A stretch of 63,813 bases of DNA, the filler included. It is 11 parts of 11 records of this genome, joined end to end, with 100 filler letters (N's around TTAATTAATTAA, not from the genome) between each part and the next. Parts side by side here need not be neighbours in the genome. Positions count along the whole stretch, not along the records: positions 34,690 to 37,772 come from SRR9670534_1095; positions 37,873 to 41,364 come from SRR9670534_1097; positions 41,465 to 49,150 come from SRR9670534_1099; positions 49,251 to 53,762 come from SRR9670534_1109; 7 more parts are not named here. One strand, 5' to 3'. Positions 37,658 to 51,387 of the stretch are shown here, in pieces. Made by a program: the position numbers and the translations under genes. Numbering within the stretch: the stretch's first letter is position 1; each line of letters begins with the position of its first letter. The notes beneath the pieces were generated by a model, which did no database searches, was not told the DNA's origin, and saw only the letters and a program-made list of their open reading frames with translations.

Positions 37658-39095
37658 AATTACTTATTTACTACTTAATTAAAAGAAGAAAATTGAGATT
37701 CTTTTTAGAAAACTTCTTAGATATTCCTTTAAACTTAATAAAATAATTGGAAATAAATTATTGTATATCTGTNNNNNNNNNNNNNNNNNNNNNNNNNNNN
37801 NNNNNNNNNNNNNNNNTTAATTAATTAANNNNNNNNNNNNNNNNNNNNNNNNNNNNNNNNNNNNNNNNNNNNAATAATAAAACTAATAAATACTAATATT
37901 TAATCATAAATAAATAGATGATTTTATGACTAAAGTTATGTTATTTAATGACTTGGCATTATTGACAAGTCATTGACGTGTGAAGATGGTAACACCTGTG
38001 ACAGATATTCTGCCAAATTACACCGAAATTAAATTTAATTGATAAAATAATACATTTCAAGAACATCACTCAAAGTTACAACAATATTGCACTTATTGAA
38101 CTTCTTACTTTTACCTGAGTTACTTTTCATCAAGTAGTAACACTGATGTATAGCCTACTATATTATACTAATAACTATTTTTCATAATTTAATAACTTAA
38201 TAAAAAATTTTGATTTAATAATATGACATATATATTCAGTACATTTTAAAATTTTCATTTTTTATCATTCCAACGTTTTGAATTAAATTTTGTGATTTAA
38301 TAAAGCATTACTTTGTAACAAAATTTTTCTTACATTATTTAATTATTATTAATTAATCTAATTATTTAACTTACAATACATACTGAACCTAATTTGTTTA
38401 AACTATTATTTATTACATATTCTTATTAGTAATAATGAATTAATAATGATATCCTAATAAGTATTTATTATCATATTTATATAATCTCATTATTCACATA
38501 ATATATTCTTATAGTGTATTATATAATGTCATTATTAGGTATATTTTATTAATAATAATACATTATTATTAATATAAATATATTAAATATTTAATAAAAG
38601 GTGCTAACATGTTATTTTATTATTAATAATAATATCTAATAATCTTTAAATGCCAGTAATAAATCACTTACAATTGTTAGTCCTATTTTAATTGCAAACA
38701 TCGGAATCGGAGTTTAATTTTTTTAATTTTTAACTGTGTTTCAACTTGAAACTTTCATGTTCACAAAATGATGACAAAAATTCACTACTAGCTTCCCGCC
38801 CGAGAGTACATAGCAGGTGTCCATGCTATGGATGCCCACAACCAATTTGGTTCTATAACAATAGAACTTTGTGTGCCACATGCAGTGCATGAAGCGCTGT
38901 CATGGCAATGCAGCTGTACAATGTACAGGTACAATCAATAGCGAGTGATCAACAGCTAATATAGTATATAATATAAGTACTTATATATTTCTATTGGTGG
39001 GTGAGGGATACAATACAGTTGTCAATAATAATAGTGCTTACATCTACCTCATTAATAATATAGATCAACAGAGAGTCAGAGTGATTTATTAACAA

Positions 39096-40694
39096 ATGGC
39101 TTCCAGTTCCAAAATTCATGATCAACTAAGCTGCCAAATTTGTTTCAACTTTAGCAAAGATCAGAGAAACTGTTCTAAATGTGGAAAAAGGGTATGCAAT
39201 GCTTGTTTACGTAATATAAACGTAAATATGAGAGGCATGAAAATGTGTCCGTTCTGTCGACAAGAAACAGCCTTTGTCAGAGACTCAACATTGGAAGACA
39301 TCAGCCAGGGTTTGAATTCAGCATGCCAAATCCATGTTCTACAAGAAAGAAAGTTTTACTGTGAATCTTGTAATGATGTCATATGTTCAGGTTGTGCATA
39401 TGAATATCACTATGACCATGATCCAAAACCATATGATCTTCTTATCAAAAAGGAAGTTGTAGATGAAGTTATCAACCAAATAAGAAAAAGGGAAGAAGAT
39501 GCAGTTACCCTCATTGATGCAAATGAGAAAAAAATAAAACCTTTGGAGAAGAAGATTGAAAATCTCATAGCTGAATGCGATAAGCTAAAGGTTTGGTTGC
39601 AAAATATTGAAGATGGGAATTTGTCAAATTTTGCTTTGACAAAAACTCATTTGTCCAGAACGTTTGATGAAAATGAAGGAGGTTGGCTTATTATTATTTA
39701 TTAATATATAGAAATTGATAATAATATTATATATATAGCTTAGCTTACATATATTACATTAATAGCGTGGTCCAAAAAGTACAGGCTTTAATAATTTCAG
39801 CACTTCCCCTAGCATTATATATAATACGCCATAGTTATTTGGCAAATAACACATTATTAATTAATTAATTAGTAATTATTAATCAAAAATTGAATAAATA
39901 ACTTTGCCAAATAATCAAATAAACCCTAATTTAACATTAATAAACCCTAATTAAACATAAGTTATTTGATTAATTAGTTGTTAAGGTATTAGTAGGCTAA
40001 CTAATTAACCAAATAACTTATGTTTAATTAGGCCTTATTTAGGAATTAATTGTAATTAGGGTTTATTTATGGATTATTTGTAATTAGGGTTTATTTAGGG
40101 ATAAATTGTATTTGGGTTTATTAATAATGTTTATTAATTAGGGTTGATTTGATTATTGTGCTACGGCGTAGCATTGTATATAAACATAGTAATAGTTTAG
40201 CATATGTATAATATTTGCAATGCAAATTTTGCATTCTCTATGGGATTCCCTTAGGTTTTCAAAACCTACAGTCAATTTCTCCCTATGGGAAAATTTGTAC
40301 GAAATTATGTGATCTTCCATTGAGTAATTTTTTTAATGAAAGTCATGACATGGCTCATTTATGATGTATTTGTTATGCTAGGGTGTTATTATTCCTAAGA
40401 TAATATTTACTATTATTAATCATATTGAATAATTATTTCATAGTTTAGTAATACTAAATTTGTAAGACATCAATCATAAAATTATGTGTCTTTTGGAGTC
40501 CAAAATTTGGATCGCCAAAGTATTACATACATGTCTTCTGAAATCAAAATTTAGTTGAAAAAATTTACACAGAAGCTGAAGTTAAAGAGAAAATCAATGA
40601 TGAACGCCAATACTATCTAAAATGTATTGTCATTATAACTATAATATCGGCTGGACTGGTAGTATTTTATCGTTGCAAATCTGATGGCTACTAG
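39096..40694 (+). CDS. TRIM/RBCC protein (RING, B-box, coiled coil) with C-terminal TM anchor. Exons 39096-39681 and 40555-40694.
   Basis: CQIC..CSKC..CNAC..CPFCR RING-like and CQIH..FYCESCNDVICSGCAYEYHYDH B-box. A phase-1 intron joins exon VEKIYTE..CIVIITIISAGLVVFYRCKSDGY*. Confidence 0.75.
39910..40157. repeat. Foldback / MITE-like inverted repeat inside the TRIM intron
   Basis: Inner arms 39946-39980 and 39998-40032 are 33/35 complementary. Outer arms 39910-39931 and 40136-40157 are 21/22. AAACCCTAA units sit on the left and TTAGGGTT units on the right. Confidence 0.8.
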
Positions 40695-41983
40695 CACGTA
40701 GTATGTCAACGCGTGGCTTGGAGAGGCATGGACCAGCGTGGTGTGACTTTCTCGATTGACAAATAGTAATTAAATGATGTCATGACCTTAGGTGCACCTT
40801 AGTTTTATTAATAATAAACCATATTTATTTCGCTCAAAAAGGTTATTATTTTTTAAACATTATACTTTTATATTTTGATAAATATGTTGCCTAAAACATG
40901 TATTGCGCAGCGTTATATCATAATATGATAATCATATTACTAATATGGCGTATATACTTAGACAAGTTATTCATAATAAGCCTTTACTAATTAATAATAT
41001 ATTGTAACCATATTATGGTTAATAACTAATAATAGTTATGACGTATGCACAATAAATTTTGTTTATTGGTTATTTATAAACTTTGTTTATTTATTATATT
41101 ATTATTAGTAGTAACAGTGTTTTTTGATAATAACATTATTCAGATAACATCCCAAGCTTTCAGTGTGTTGACACACCTTCATCAGGCTTATTTACATCAT
41201 TTGGCGTTTATTAACTTGATGATACAATAATTGTATTACAATTGATAATATTTAGCAAGAAGCAATTATTATTAATATCATTGATATAAACTTTATGTTA
41301 ATTAAGTTTTGAAATCAGATCATCTTAATAATACTAATATTTTTAAGGGCAATGAACAAGTTTTNNNNNNNNNNNNNNNNNNNNNNNNNNNNNNNNNNNN
41401 NNNNNNNNTTAATTAATTAANNNNNNNNNNNNNNNNNNNNNNNNNNNNNNNNNNNNNNNNNNNNAATAATAATAATAGGGTGTGGCTAAAAATAAAGTTT
41501 AGCCGCCACAAATTGAATATTATTGTAATATTAATTATTAATGAAATTAATTATTTTGAAATTTATAATTTAATTAGGTATTTATCGATTTAAATTGCAA
41601 AATTTAGCAGCAAGATTGTAATAAAAACAAACAAATATGATCACTTAGTGACTAATAATTATTATTAATATATGATTTTGTGATAAAATATAAAACTGTT
41701 AAAGTGTATTAATTTCTTTAACCTTTCTCATTAACTTTCATAGATTATATCTAAAATTGCAACTATTAGACAATATAATTTAGAATAAGGCTACTTTTAT
41801 TTAATAATATTTAATAATATTTTATTTAATAATAATATTAAAAAAATTAGGATGAAATTTTAGCTAAAATAACAAGAATGTTGACTATATTCATTCTGCT
41901 TGTTGTAATATCTATGTTGCTATAGCATTCTGCTTGGTGTAATATCAATATTGAATAAATGTATGCTTTTTGTAACATGCCAA

Positions 41984-44900
41984 CTAATCCTGATGATCTT
42001 CTTGCTGTTTAGCAAATCGGATGAATATCTGTTCTAGAGTTGTTTGACTAAAGCTGTAATCTAAAATACCCAATGATTTTTTGTTGTTTTCTAACCACTC
42101 AAAAACTTTCCCAATAAATGGTATATCATCCTTTGGTATTCTATACATTACTTGAGAAGTAAAGATTTCATCTTTTATTGAGTTTGGAAATCTTTTCGCA
42201 ACTTCAGAGTCGAGGATATGAGTAAATCTGCTATTGATTTTAACTTCTAGGGTATATTCTTCACCATACTTGCTTTTTAGATGTTGTACTGGGCCAATGC
42301 ATCTCAATTCGCCCTTAATTAAAATGCCAATTCTTGTACAAAGAGCTTCTGCTTCTTCCATTGAGTGTGTTGTCAAAATTGCCCCTCTTCCACTTGCCGA
42401 ATCACAACTTGAAGAAATCGCATCCCAAAGGAATCTCTTCGACTTCGGATCCATTCCAGTTGAAGGTTCATCCAGTAAAAGTATCTTTGGAACTCCAAGA
42501 ATGCTTATTGCAAACTACATAAAACAATCATCAGTAATAATATATTATTAATAATATATCAATTGATATGATATATTATATATTATTGATATGATATATC
42601 AATATGAATATAAAAATTCAATTTATTAATAAATTATTTTAATTTACTAAATCGACATATTCAATAGGTATGCAAAATTATTTATGAATATCAATATTAA
42701 ATGCTTGACCAAAGGTAAATATTAATAATAAGTTCATACCGAAAGTTTTCTTTTAGTTCCACCACTTAAATTTTTAGCCCATTTTGAACGGTATTCTTTT
42801 AATTTCAAAGCTGCCATGATTTTTTCTATCAAATCAGAAGCAGCTTCTTTTGGCAGACCTCGTAATGATGCATAAAGTTGCAAATGCTCTTCCAATGAAA
42901 CATTTTCGTAAAGAGAATCATGTTGTGGACAATAACCGGTAAGATCAAATGCTTTTCTTGAATCTTTCCTAATGTCATAACCTCCAAGGAATATTTCACC
43001 AGATGACATGGGTACTTCAGATATTAACATTGATAATGTCGTTGTTTTTCCCGCCCCATTAGGACCAAGTAATCCAAACATATCTCCACTTTGGACGTGA
43101 AAGTTTAAATCTTTAACTGCTGCTTTAGGCTGGATTTTTTTTGTTATTTTATTTTCAACATAAAACAGCTTGTACAGTTTGCTGACAACGACTACTTCCT
43201 ACAAACATATCATGATTTTAACCAAATCTAATAATTTGATAGTGCTGCTATGAAAAAAAAATCCCACATTTTCAGCTGGTTTGTCTTCTACAATTTCTGC
43301 AACTATATCCTTCTCTGTTTTGCAATCTTCATCAACTTCAAAATCCTTTTCAATCTCAGCGACATCTTTCCCTACCGCAGCCTCTATTTCCTCTGATGCC
43401 ATTCTAGTTTTATGAAACTGTTTTCTATCCAAAAAAACCAACAGAATGCAAAAGACAATGATATGAAATATCATCTAAAACACGCAAATAGTAACTGCAA
43501 GAACTACTTATCGAAAATATCATTTAATATTGTAGGGTATTGTTTATTATCAATAATAAAAATACCCCAAGAAGTGAAGGTAGAACACCATGTTTAAAAA
43601 TGAAATAATCTTCCCAGGTTGGAGTTTTGTTCTCAATGAGGTGTTTTTTTGTATAAAGTGTCATCATGTAATACAAGTAACCGAACCAAGTATATGGTGG
43701 CACAACAAAACACGCTACGTAGTGAATAATTAAAACGAATTTGATCTGATACATATCCAGAAATGCTATCAACAAGCCAGCAATTGTTGAAACCTAAAAA
43801 TTCATATCCTGTGAATATGGTCAATAGGACCCCTAATTAATGTATTAATAATTTCATATACATATGATTAATAATAATTACCATTTGCAAGATTATTGGC
43901 ACAAAAATGTGAACAGCTTCATAAGTTGAAAACAAAAAGCTCAAGCATAGGACAAAACTTGTATTTGACATAAAGAATAGTAAATAGGCAATTGTAAGGC
44001 AAACTATCGCAGCAGCAGATTTTAGACCATCGATATTGAAGGCAAAAATAACAATAATTATGGTGATGTAAGGAAGAATGTAATTTGTTAATTGATAGAT
44101 GTACACTGTCAGCCAATATATGATTGATTTACAGCCATTCACTTTGAGCATCGTTGTAATTTTAAACTATAAACAACAATGGAAAGGTTCTTAGGTACAA
44201 TAGCATTTTCAAAACGAAACAGGTAAGCGAAAAAGGTAACAAGTTAATCATAATTATCTATAAATATAAAATTCACTACAAATAAATAAGAACATATGTA
44301 TATAACTCGAAAAGTTTTGCTAGTTTAGGCTGATTATTAATAAAACAGACATTATGAGGAGTGATTAAATATCCCAAAACACATCATGTAACCTATATAG
44401 AAAATCATTGTTGAGAACAGGCGGAGTTATACTATGGGCGGAGTTTAGCGACAATCTACAATAGCGACATCTACCCCGTGGATCATTCACACCATTATGA
44501 AACATTCAGAACTTTATATCTTTTCGTTTTAAGAAAACAATAGATAATAGACCTACTAGGTATTATTAATAGTTAATTAATAACTATCATAATTATGATA
44601 TCACTGCGAAAATGCTGTAATAGTGATTCATCAGGATAAGGTCTAATGTCTTTTGTGGGATCTTTGCTATTAATATATTATAATAATAACCGTTAATAAT
44701 AATAAACATGTGACAATAAAGAGCTATCAAAACGATATCATTACGTAACGTAATTTAAGTACGTTATTATTATTAGGATTGACTAACCTGTCTATCTTTT
44801 ACCACATTTGATGCCGCTGCTATTGGCAATAAAATGATGCCATAAGCAAGAAATAAAGCAGAAAAAATGACATTTACATTTATCTCCACCTTAGGCTCTA

Positions 44901-47900
44901 TATTTGGGAAAGGATAGGAAAGCGTTGTTATTGATGAAGCATTACTGGCGTTGGCTCGTTTGTCAATAATTTGCATCCATAGAAAGATATTGTCAAGCAA
45001 GTTAGTAATGGCAGGTAAGGCATGATATAGCGTTGCGTTCCACATTATGTTAAATTTTATACCAAAAGGATTTATCTTTTCCTTGGATTTTAAACTAACA
45101 TAATGTATAAGATAATAGTATATTTTACCAACTTGATCCAATAATTCCGTTGATTCCTTTGGAAATTCAGCTGTTTTCATCATTTTTAACAACAACTTTA
45201 GATGATGTGGTTGTTTAGCAATACTGCTATTCCATAAAATTTCAGGATTATCTGGAGAGTATCGATTATTTTCATTAGCATAGTCATGTGTATAAAAAAT
45301 TTTCTCGGGTAAATGTGTATGGGAAGCATTTTTTGCTAATGTACTGTTTAAAGGGAAAAATGATATACCAGCATCAGGAAATTCAACCTTTTGAACTTTT
45401 TTGCTGTAAAGAAGTCCAAGGAATGCTCCAACAAGGATGAAGATTACAGGCATTAGCATTATGCAAAAACAACCAATAGGATGTCGTAAATTATCTTTAT
45501 GCTGAGTGAGAAATAGTGATTTGAAAATTTGTCTGTCACGCTCGTGACCGGTTAAAAGTTCAACATCATCAGGCACTTTTAGAACTTTTGATGCCTCATT
45601 TTCTTCTTCAGTTTTTATGGAACCTGATAGATGACTGGGTCCTTCTTCTGAATCTTCTTCATTTTCTTGTGATAATGAATGATTATTATTAGTAGTAATA
45701 TTCAATAAGTTATTATTATTAATGGACTGGTTATGCTTGGTAGACTGTATCTCTTTCTTTTCAACATCGCCCAACTTTAAAAATACCTCTTCTAATGTGG
45801 TAACAGAAATCCCATAGGAAGCCAATCGCAGAGATTCTTTGTTATCGTCAAGTTTTTGAAACAAATTTGAAAATGAAGGAGCTGCATTGAGAGGCAAAAG
45901 TATAGTGCATTCGTTGGCATGATACCTCAGCATTTTGGCTGTATAGATGTTAGCGTCCTTTTTCACAAATTTCACAATCTGATTTGGATCAACGTTTTTA
46001 TCTTCAAGGGTCAAACTAAAAATACTACTTATAGCCACGCCCACTTTCATAGAAAAAATAAATTTATCGTTAAGCTATAGCCTTATTATTAGTCCACCAA
46101 AATTATGCATGTTATTCAAATACTGCATTTACAATATACTATAATGTCGTTTAAGATCTAGGGTGTAGTTTTGGAGCAAAAATAGATGTCGATATATACC
46201 AGAGGGTTAAAGTGATGGATAAGTGCCTAACTAGATGTCGACATTATCTATTTTGATCCCCAAAATAGGGCTACTCCCAATTGATGGCAGCCACTACTGT
46301 GGTCCTTGAAACCAAAACTAACCCGACTAACTTGCGTGTTTATGCAGCCCGGCCATAATAGGTAATCTACATAATATTCAGTATCTATTGAAGAGTACAG
46401 ACAATCATGATAAGCCTACTTCAAGTGATAACCAAGACCAAACTTATTCTTTAAGAACAGTGATGTTCCACAGCAAGTTAAGCGTCCTCCGCTTAGAAAA
46501 GCTTTTCGGTCAGCAAGAACATCAGCTTCATCCATGAAGTGAGTTGTCAGTATGATTGTGCATTCTATATAGACATAAGTATTCAATAGATATGTCATAT
46601 GGGTCACAATGGTGTTGCAATTGCAAACAAGTATATTACATCTATTACAATATTTACATCTATTAAATGTAATTTGCCGAATTTTCCAAGTTACTATTTG
46701 AAGCTACACAAACCCTTTTTAAGTTCTTGTAGGAGTGACCAAAGATTTCGTCGTGATACAACATCAATACCAGCAGTGGGTTCATCTAAGAATAGCAACT
46801 TTGGCTTACCAATTAAGGCCATGCTAATGGATACTTTTCTTTTCTCTCCTCCACTTAAAAATTTGCATTTTGATTTTTCAACTTCTTCTAACTCTAGCTT
46901 TCTAAGTAACCTTTTAATCTAAATAATTTTCAAAATGGAAAAAGCAATTCGATTTATTGAACCACAGCAATGATCAAATTAAAAATAAAAGCATGTTAAG
47001 GTGATCATTATTATTAATAATATGATAATAAATCCCAACATACGCATACCTGAGATTTAGCCTTTTCATTTGAGACGCCTTTCAGCTTTGCTACAAAGTT
47101 TAAATGTTCTTTTGGTGTCAGCATTTCGAATAAGAAATCATCTTGGGGACAATATCCTGTCTTGTCTTTAATTTTTATCATATCTTTGGTGTTTGAGATC
47201 ATCTAAAATCCAATTAGTTTATAGCATAGTACCTAGCTCTTGATTCGCATAACATAAGTTGAAATTGAAATTGAAATAATAATTGTGTAAAAATGTGCGA
47301 CATCTTTTTTTAATATAACTCTTCTTACATGTATTAATAATAATAATCAGCTGTTATAAAGATACTCAATACTGACATAATTATGTATTTTAGAAGTTCC
47401 AGAGGTGGGGTTGATTAATCCCATAAGCATTTTAAATAATGTCGTCTTTCCTGCACCATTATGACCCAAAATAGCTGTAATTTGTCCTTCATAAATATCT
47501 AGTGAAAAATTATCCACTGCAATTAACGTTTTCTTTTTTTGCTCATATATTTTTGTCAAGCCCCTTATTTTAACAGTTTCGTGTCCTATCAATTCCTTAT
47601 CTGGCTTTTCTAGGTAGGTATTATCATAAGTATCACTTTTAAGGCTTTCTTCGTCCTCATCAGATGAACTCCGACTCCTGTTCCAGTGTGAACGCATGCA
47701 ACAAAAACAGCAATGCAGACGTTGCCCAACTGCTCCTGGATTGATTGATGTATTGACAGTAAAATCAAACTTATTATCCATAATATATTAATTATTAACA
47801 TTAATATTAAATATATTAATAATCAAAATGCTTTACAACTGTCTTATTAATAATGATTACGCATATTAAAAATTTCTTATTAATAAACATACCACAAGTA

Positions 47901-48869
47901 ACTTTTTCCAAGTAAAATGACAGCAGCAAGTACAAAACAGTATCAAAACATAGTATTAGGAATATGCGACCTGCACAAGCTATATCATTGCCTTCCCTGA
48001 TCAAATTTTCTTTATCGTTGTAATTTACATCCACCAGCTAAAATTAATAACAATAATGACAAGAGTAGTAAAGCTTTGCTTCTATTTTATTTCATATTAA
48101 TTTTCTATAGGTTTAAACTAAAATAGAAGTAATTGGTATAAACTGAAATACAAGTAGTTGTTAATTAATGATTAGTAATTAGTAATTAATAATAGTAATT
48201 ATTAGTTAACTTATTAATAAGTTTACCCTATAATAAAACAGCACACCACCAAATGGACTACCAATTATTGCAAAAATGTACTGGTAGATTGTTGGTATTT
48301 TTCTTGTTGTGGTAACAGCAATTGCAGGAAGCACCAAAAGCATGTACAACATACTCGAAGCTATTCCAGCAGGTTTGGCTTTGGTGAAAAGTGTTGATAT
48401 CAAGAAGGATAGCGTCATAACACTCAAACCATAAACAAACGTTCCAAAAAACACGAATGGAAAGCTTATGTTTTCCATGACATTACCAACAATCAGAAAA
48501 ATTGTTAGAAAAACAGAAAATATTAATATGAAGACGCTATATATAATGGCCCATGAAATCCTACAAAAATTCATATCATATCATATAGTATTAATATAAT
48601 TATAATACTATAATAACACTATTATGCAACCAATATGCTGAATCCATCATGCCAATGATATTTAATGTTTCTCTCATTTTCAATTCCTTTTCAGTGACTA
48701 TTGCAACGCAAAGACCACTAAACATCGGAACAAATGCAAAAACAACAAACAATGAGACTGTGTTAGCTAGGAATTCAAATTTTGTTTGCGGTATTTCTTC
48801 TGGTTTGGGAAACTGCTCAATAGTAGATGTTTCATAAGGAACGGAAACAGATGAAAGATTCGATTTTAT
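41984..48869 (-). CDS. ABCA-subfamily full transporter, 5' partial, many short introns
   Basis: [13 protein letters not shown]...AYW. NBD1: [38 protein letters not shown]2: [33 protein letters not shown]-terminal [19 protein letters not shown]. Confidence 0.95.
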
Positions 48870-49252
48870 CTGAAAATACTATTTTATAGTACCTATAGTA
48901 TTACATATTATTACATTGTACATACTACAAAATGTAAAAGTATACTATTACACTGTATTGTACAATGTTACATACTACCTATAGCATATACCGTGTTATA
49001 TAACATATTACTTATACTATAGTATTATATAATATATTATACTAACAGTATTCCATTACTTATAGCATAACTTATTATGACGTATTATAATATATATTAT
49101 AGGCTAAATCACTATTGTACTATACCAGCCTAATAACAATTGCAATGTACNNNNNNNNNNNNNNNNNNNNNNNNNNNNNNNNNNNNNNNNNNNNTTAATT
49201 AATTAANNNNNNNNNNNNNNNNNNNNNNNNNNNNNNNNNNNNNNNNNNNNCG

Positions 49253-51325
49253 GGAGTTACTCCTTATGACCCTGTTGATGATAGTGGATTTTTTCGAGGA
49301 ATTGATTTTATTGAGGGCATGAATATTAAAGATGCGGATAAAGTTATCATTAAAAGATTAAAAGAGGAAAAAAAGCTTTTCTCTCACAAAACTATTGTCC
49401 ATTCTTATCCCTTTTGCTGGAGAACAGACACTCCTCTTATGTATCGCGTAAGAAATACTTGGTTCGTCGCTGTAGAAAAAATAAGAGATCGTATGATCAC
49501 CTTAAATAAAGAAATTAATTATGTTCCTAAGCACATTAAAGAAGGACGATTTGGTAAATGGCTTGAAGGAGCAAGAGACTGGGATATTGGAAGAAATCGC
49601 TATTGGGGCACTCCGCTTCCTGTGTGGAAATCTGAAAATGGTGCCATTAAAGTCTTTGGCAGCATTCAGGAGCTTGAAGCTGCATCTGGATTGAAAATTG
49701 ATGATATCCATAAACATGTTGTTGATGATATTGAATTAACTATAGATGGCGTAAAATATAAACGAATTGAACAAGTTCTTGATTGCTGGTTCGAATCTGG
49801 TGCTATGCCTTATGCGCAAATTCATTATCCATTTGAAAATGAGGGGCTAATTCATGAGCAAGTTCCAGCAGATTTTATTGCCGAAGGATTGGATCAGACG
49901 CGGGGGTGGTTTTACACACTTCATGTAATATCTACGGCTTTAGAAGATAAAAAAGCGTTTAAAAATATCATTGTCAATGGCCTTGTTTTAGCAAGTGATG
50001 GGAAAAAAATGTCCAAAAGACTGAAAAATTACCCTGAGCCAAGTGCTGTCCTTGATAAATACGGAGCAGATGCGGTAAGGCTTTACCTTGTGGGCTCTCC
50101 TTTGGCAAAAGGGGAATACTTGCGATTTAAGGAAAAAGCTCTTGAGGAAATGCTCAAAAGTATCCTTCTTCCCTTATGGAATAGCTTGTCATTTTTTACA
50201 GCTTATGCCAATATCGATGATTTTCATTATGAAAAATCCCAAGAATCTCCCATTAAAGACGAACTTGACAAATGGATTTTATCGCGTTTGGAAAAGACGA
50301 GCGAGGATATGCGAAAGCTTTTAGAAAGTTATGAGCTTTTCCATGGCGTTAAGGTAATGAGAAATTTTATAGAGGACCTTTCCAATTGGTATTTACGAAG
50401 GAGTAGAAGGCGATTTTGGAAAAGTGAAAATGATGAGGACAAGAAAACTGCGTATGAGACCCTATTTAAGGTACTTTTGCAATTTAGTATTCTCATTGCT
50501 CCATTTACTCCCTTTATCAGCGAAAAGATTTACCAAGTGCTAAGTCAAGGAAAAAGAAAACTTTCCGTCCATCTTGAAGATTATCCTATCTATAATCAGA
50601 AAAATCGCGAAAAAGAATTGGAAAACGAAATGAGTCTTGTAAAAAAAATTGTCACTTTAGGAAGGAAATTACGCATTGACCATAAGATTAAAGTACGAAC
50701 TCCTTTAAGAAAAGCAATTATTGTATCAAGGAATCAAGAAGATTTGGATAGCATTTTCAAAAAAGAAGCCCTCATTCTTGAGGAGCTTAATATCAAAAAA
50801 TTAGAATTAAGCACAGAAGAGGGAAAATACTTTCACTTTAGCATCAAGCCCAATTTCCCCTTACTCGGAAAAAAACTCGGAAAAATGCTTCCCCTCCTTG
50901 CAAAAAAATTATCTACTTTAAGTCAAGATGAAATAAGAAATATTGCCCAAAATGAGAAATTTAATTTTGAGATAGACAAAAAAAAGATTTCCTTATCCAA
51001 AGAGGAATTAGAGATAAGACGAGAAAAGAAGAAAGGATTTGCCGCCCTAAGTCGCAATGAAATTGCCATTATCCTCGATACTCACCTTGATGAGGATCTC
51101 CTTCAAGAAGGAAACATGCGAGACTTTGTCAATCTCGTTCAAAAAGAGAGGAAAAATCTCAATTTAGATTATACGGATAAAATTAACATTTACTACGAAG
51201 CTTCGCCTCTTACGAAAGAGGCGGTATTGCATTATGGAGAATATATTCGACGTGAGACTCTAGCAAAAGAGATTAAATTTCAAAGAGAAAGCGAGGAAAC
51301 TTCTATTTCCATAGAGAAAATTTAG
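49253..51325 (+). CDS. ileS: Bacterial isoleucyl-tRNA synthetase, type 2 (eukaryote-like), 5' partial
   Basis: HSYPFCWR, DWDIGRNRYWGTPLPVW, VLDCWFESGAMPY, FIAEGLDQTRGWFY and KMSKRLKNYP. No introns; operon-like spacing to the next gene. Confidence 0.96.
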   Translation, partial: GVTPYDPVDDSGFFRGIDFIEGMNIKDADKVIIKRLKEEKKLFSHKTIVHSYPFCWRTDTPLMYRVRNTWFVAVEKIRDRMITLNKEINYVPKHIKEGRFGKWLEGARDWDIGRNRYWGTPLPVWKSENGAIKVFGSIQELEAASGLKIDDIHKHVVDDIELTIDGVKYKRIEQVLDCWFESGAMPYAQIHYPFENEGLIHEQVPADFIAEGLDQTRGWFYTLHVISTALEDKKAFKNIIVNGLVLASDGKKMSKRLKNYPEPSAVLDKYGADAVRLYLVGSPLAKGEYLRFKEKALEEMLKSILLPLWNSLSFFTAYANIDDFHYEKSQESPIKDELDKWILSRLEKTSEDMRKLLESYELFHGVKVMRNFIEDLSNWYLRRSRRRFWKSENDEDKKTAYETLFKVLLQFSILIAPFTPFISEKIYQVLSQGKRKLSVHLEDYPIYNQKNREKELENEMSLVKKIVTLGRKLRIDHKIKVRTPLRKAIIVSRNQEDLDSIFKKEALILEELNIKKLELSTEEGKYFHFSIKPNFPLLGKKLGKMLPLLAKKLSTLSQDEIRNIAQNEKFNFEIDKKKISLSKEELEIRREKKKGFAALSRNEIAIILDTHLDEDLLQEGNMRDFVNLVQKERKNLNLDYTDKINIYYEASPLTKEAVLHYGEYIRRETLAKEIKFQRESEETSISIEKI

Positions 51326-51387
51326 CAAAAAAGCTTTGGATAATTCCTCTTATCATGATAGACTTTTTGAAAGTTAAGGAGGATTTT

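Noticed and set aside
39920-40145. True telomere or chromosome-fusion site
   Set aside because: The TTAGGG/CCCTAA units are isolated, not tandem, and lie inside an intron.
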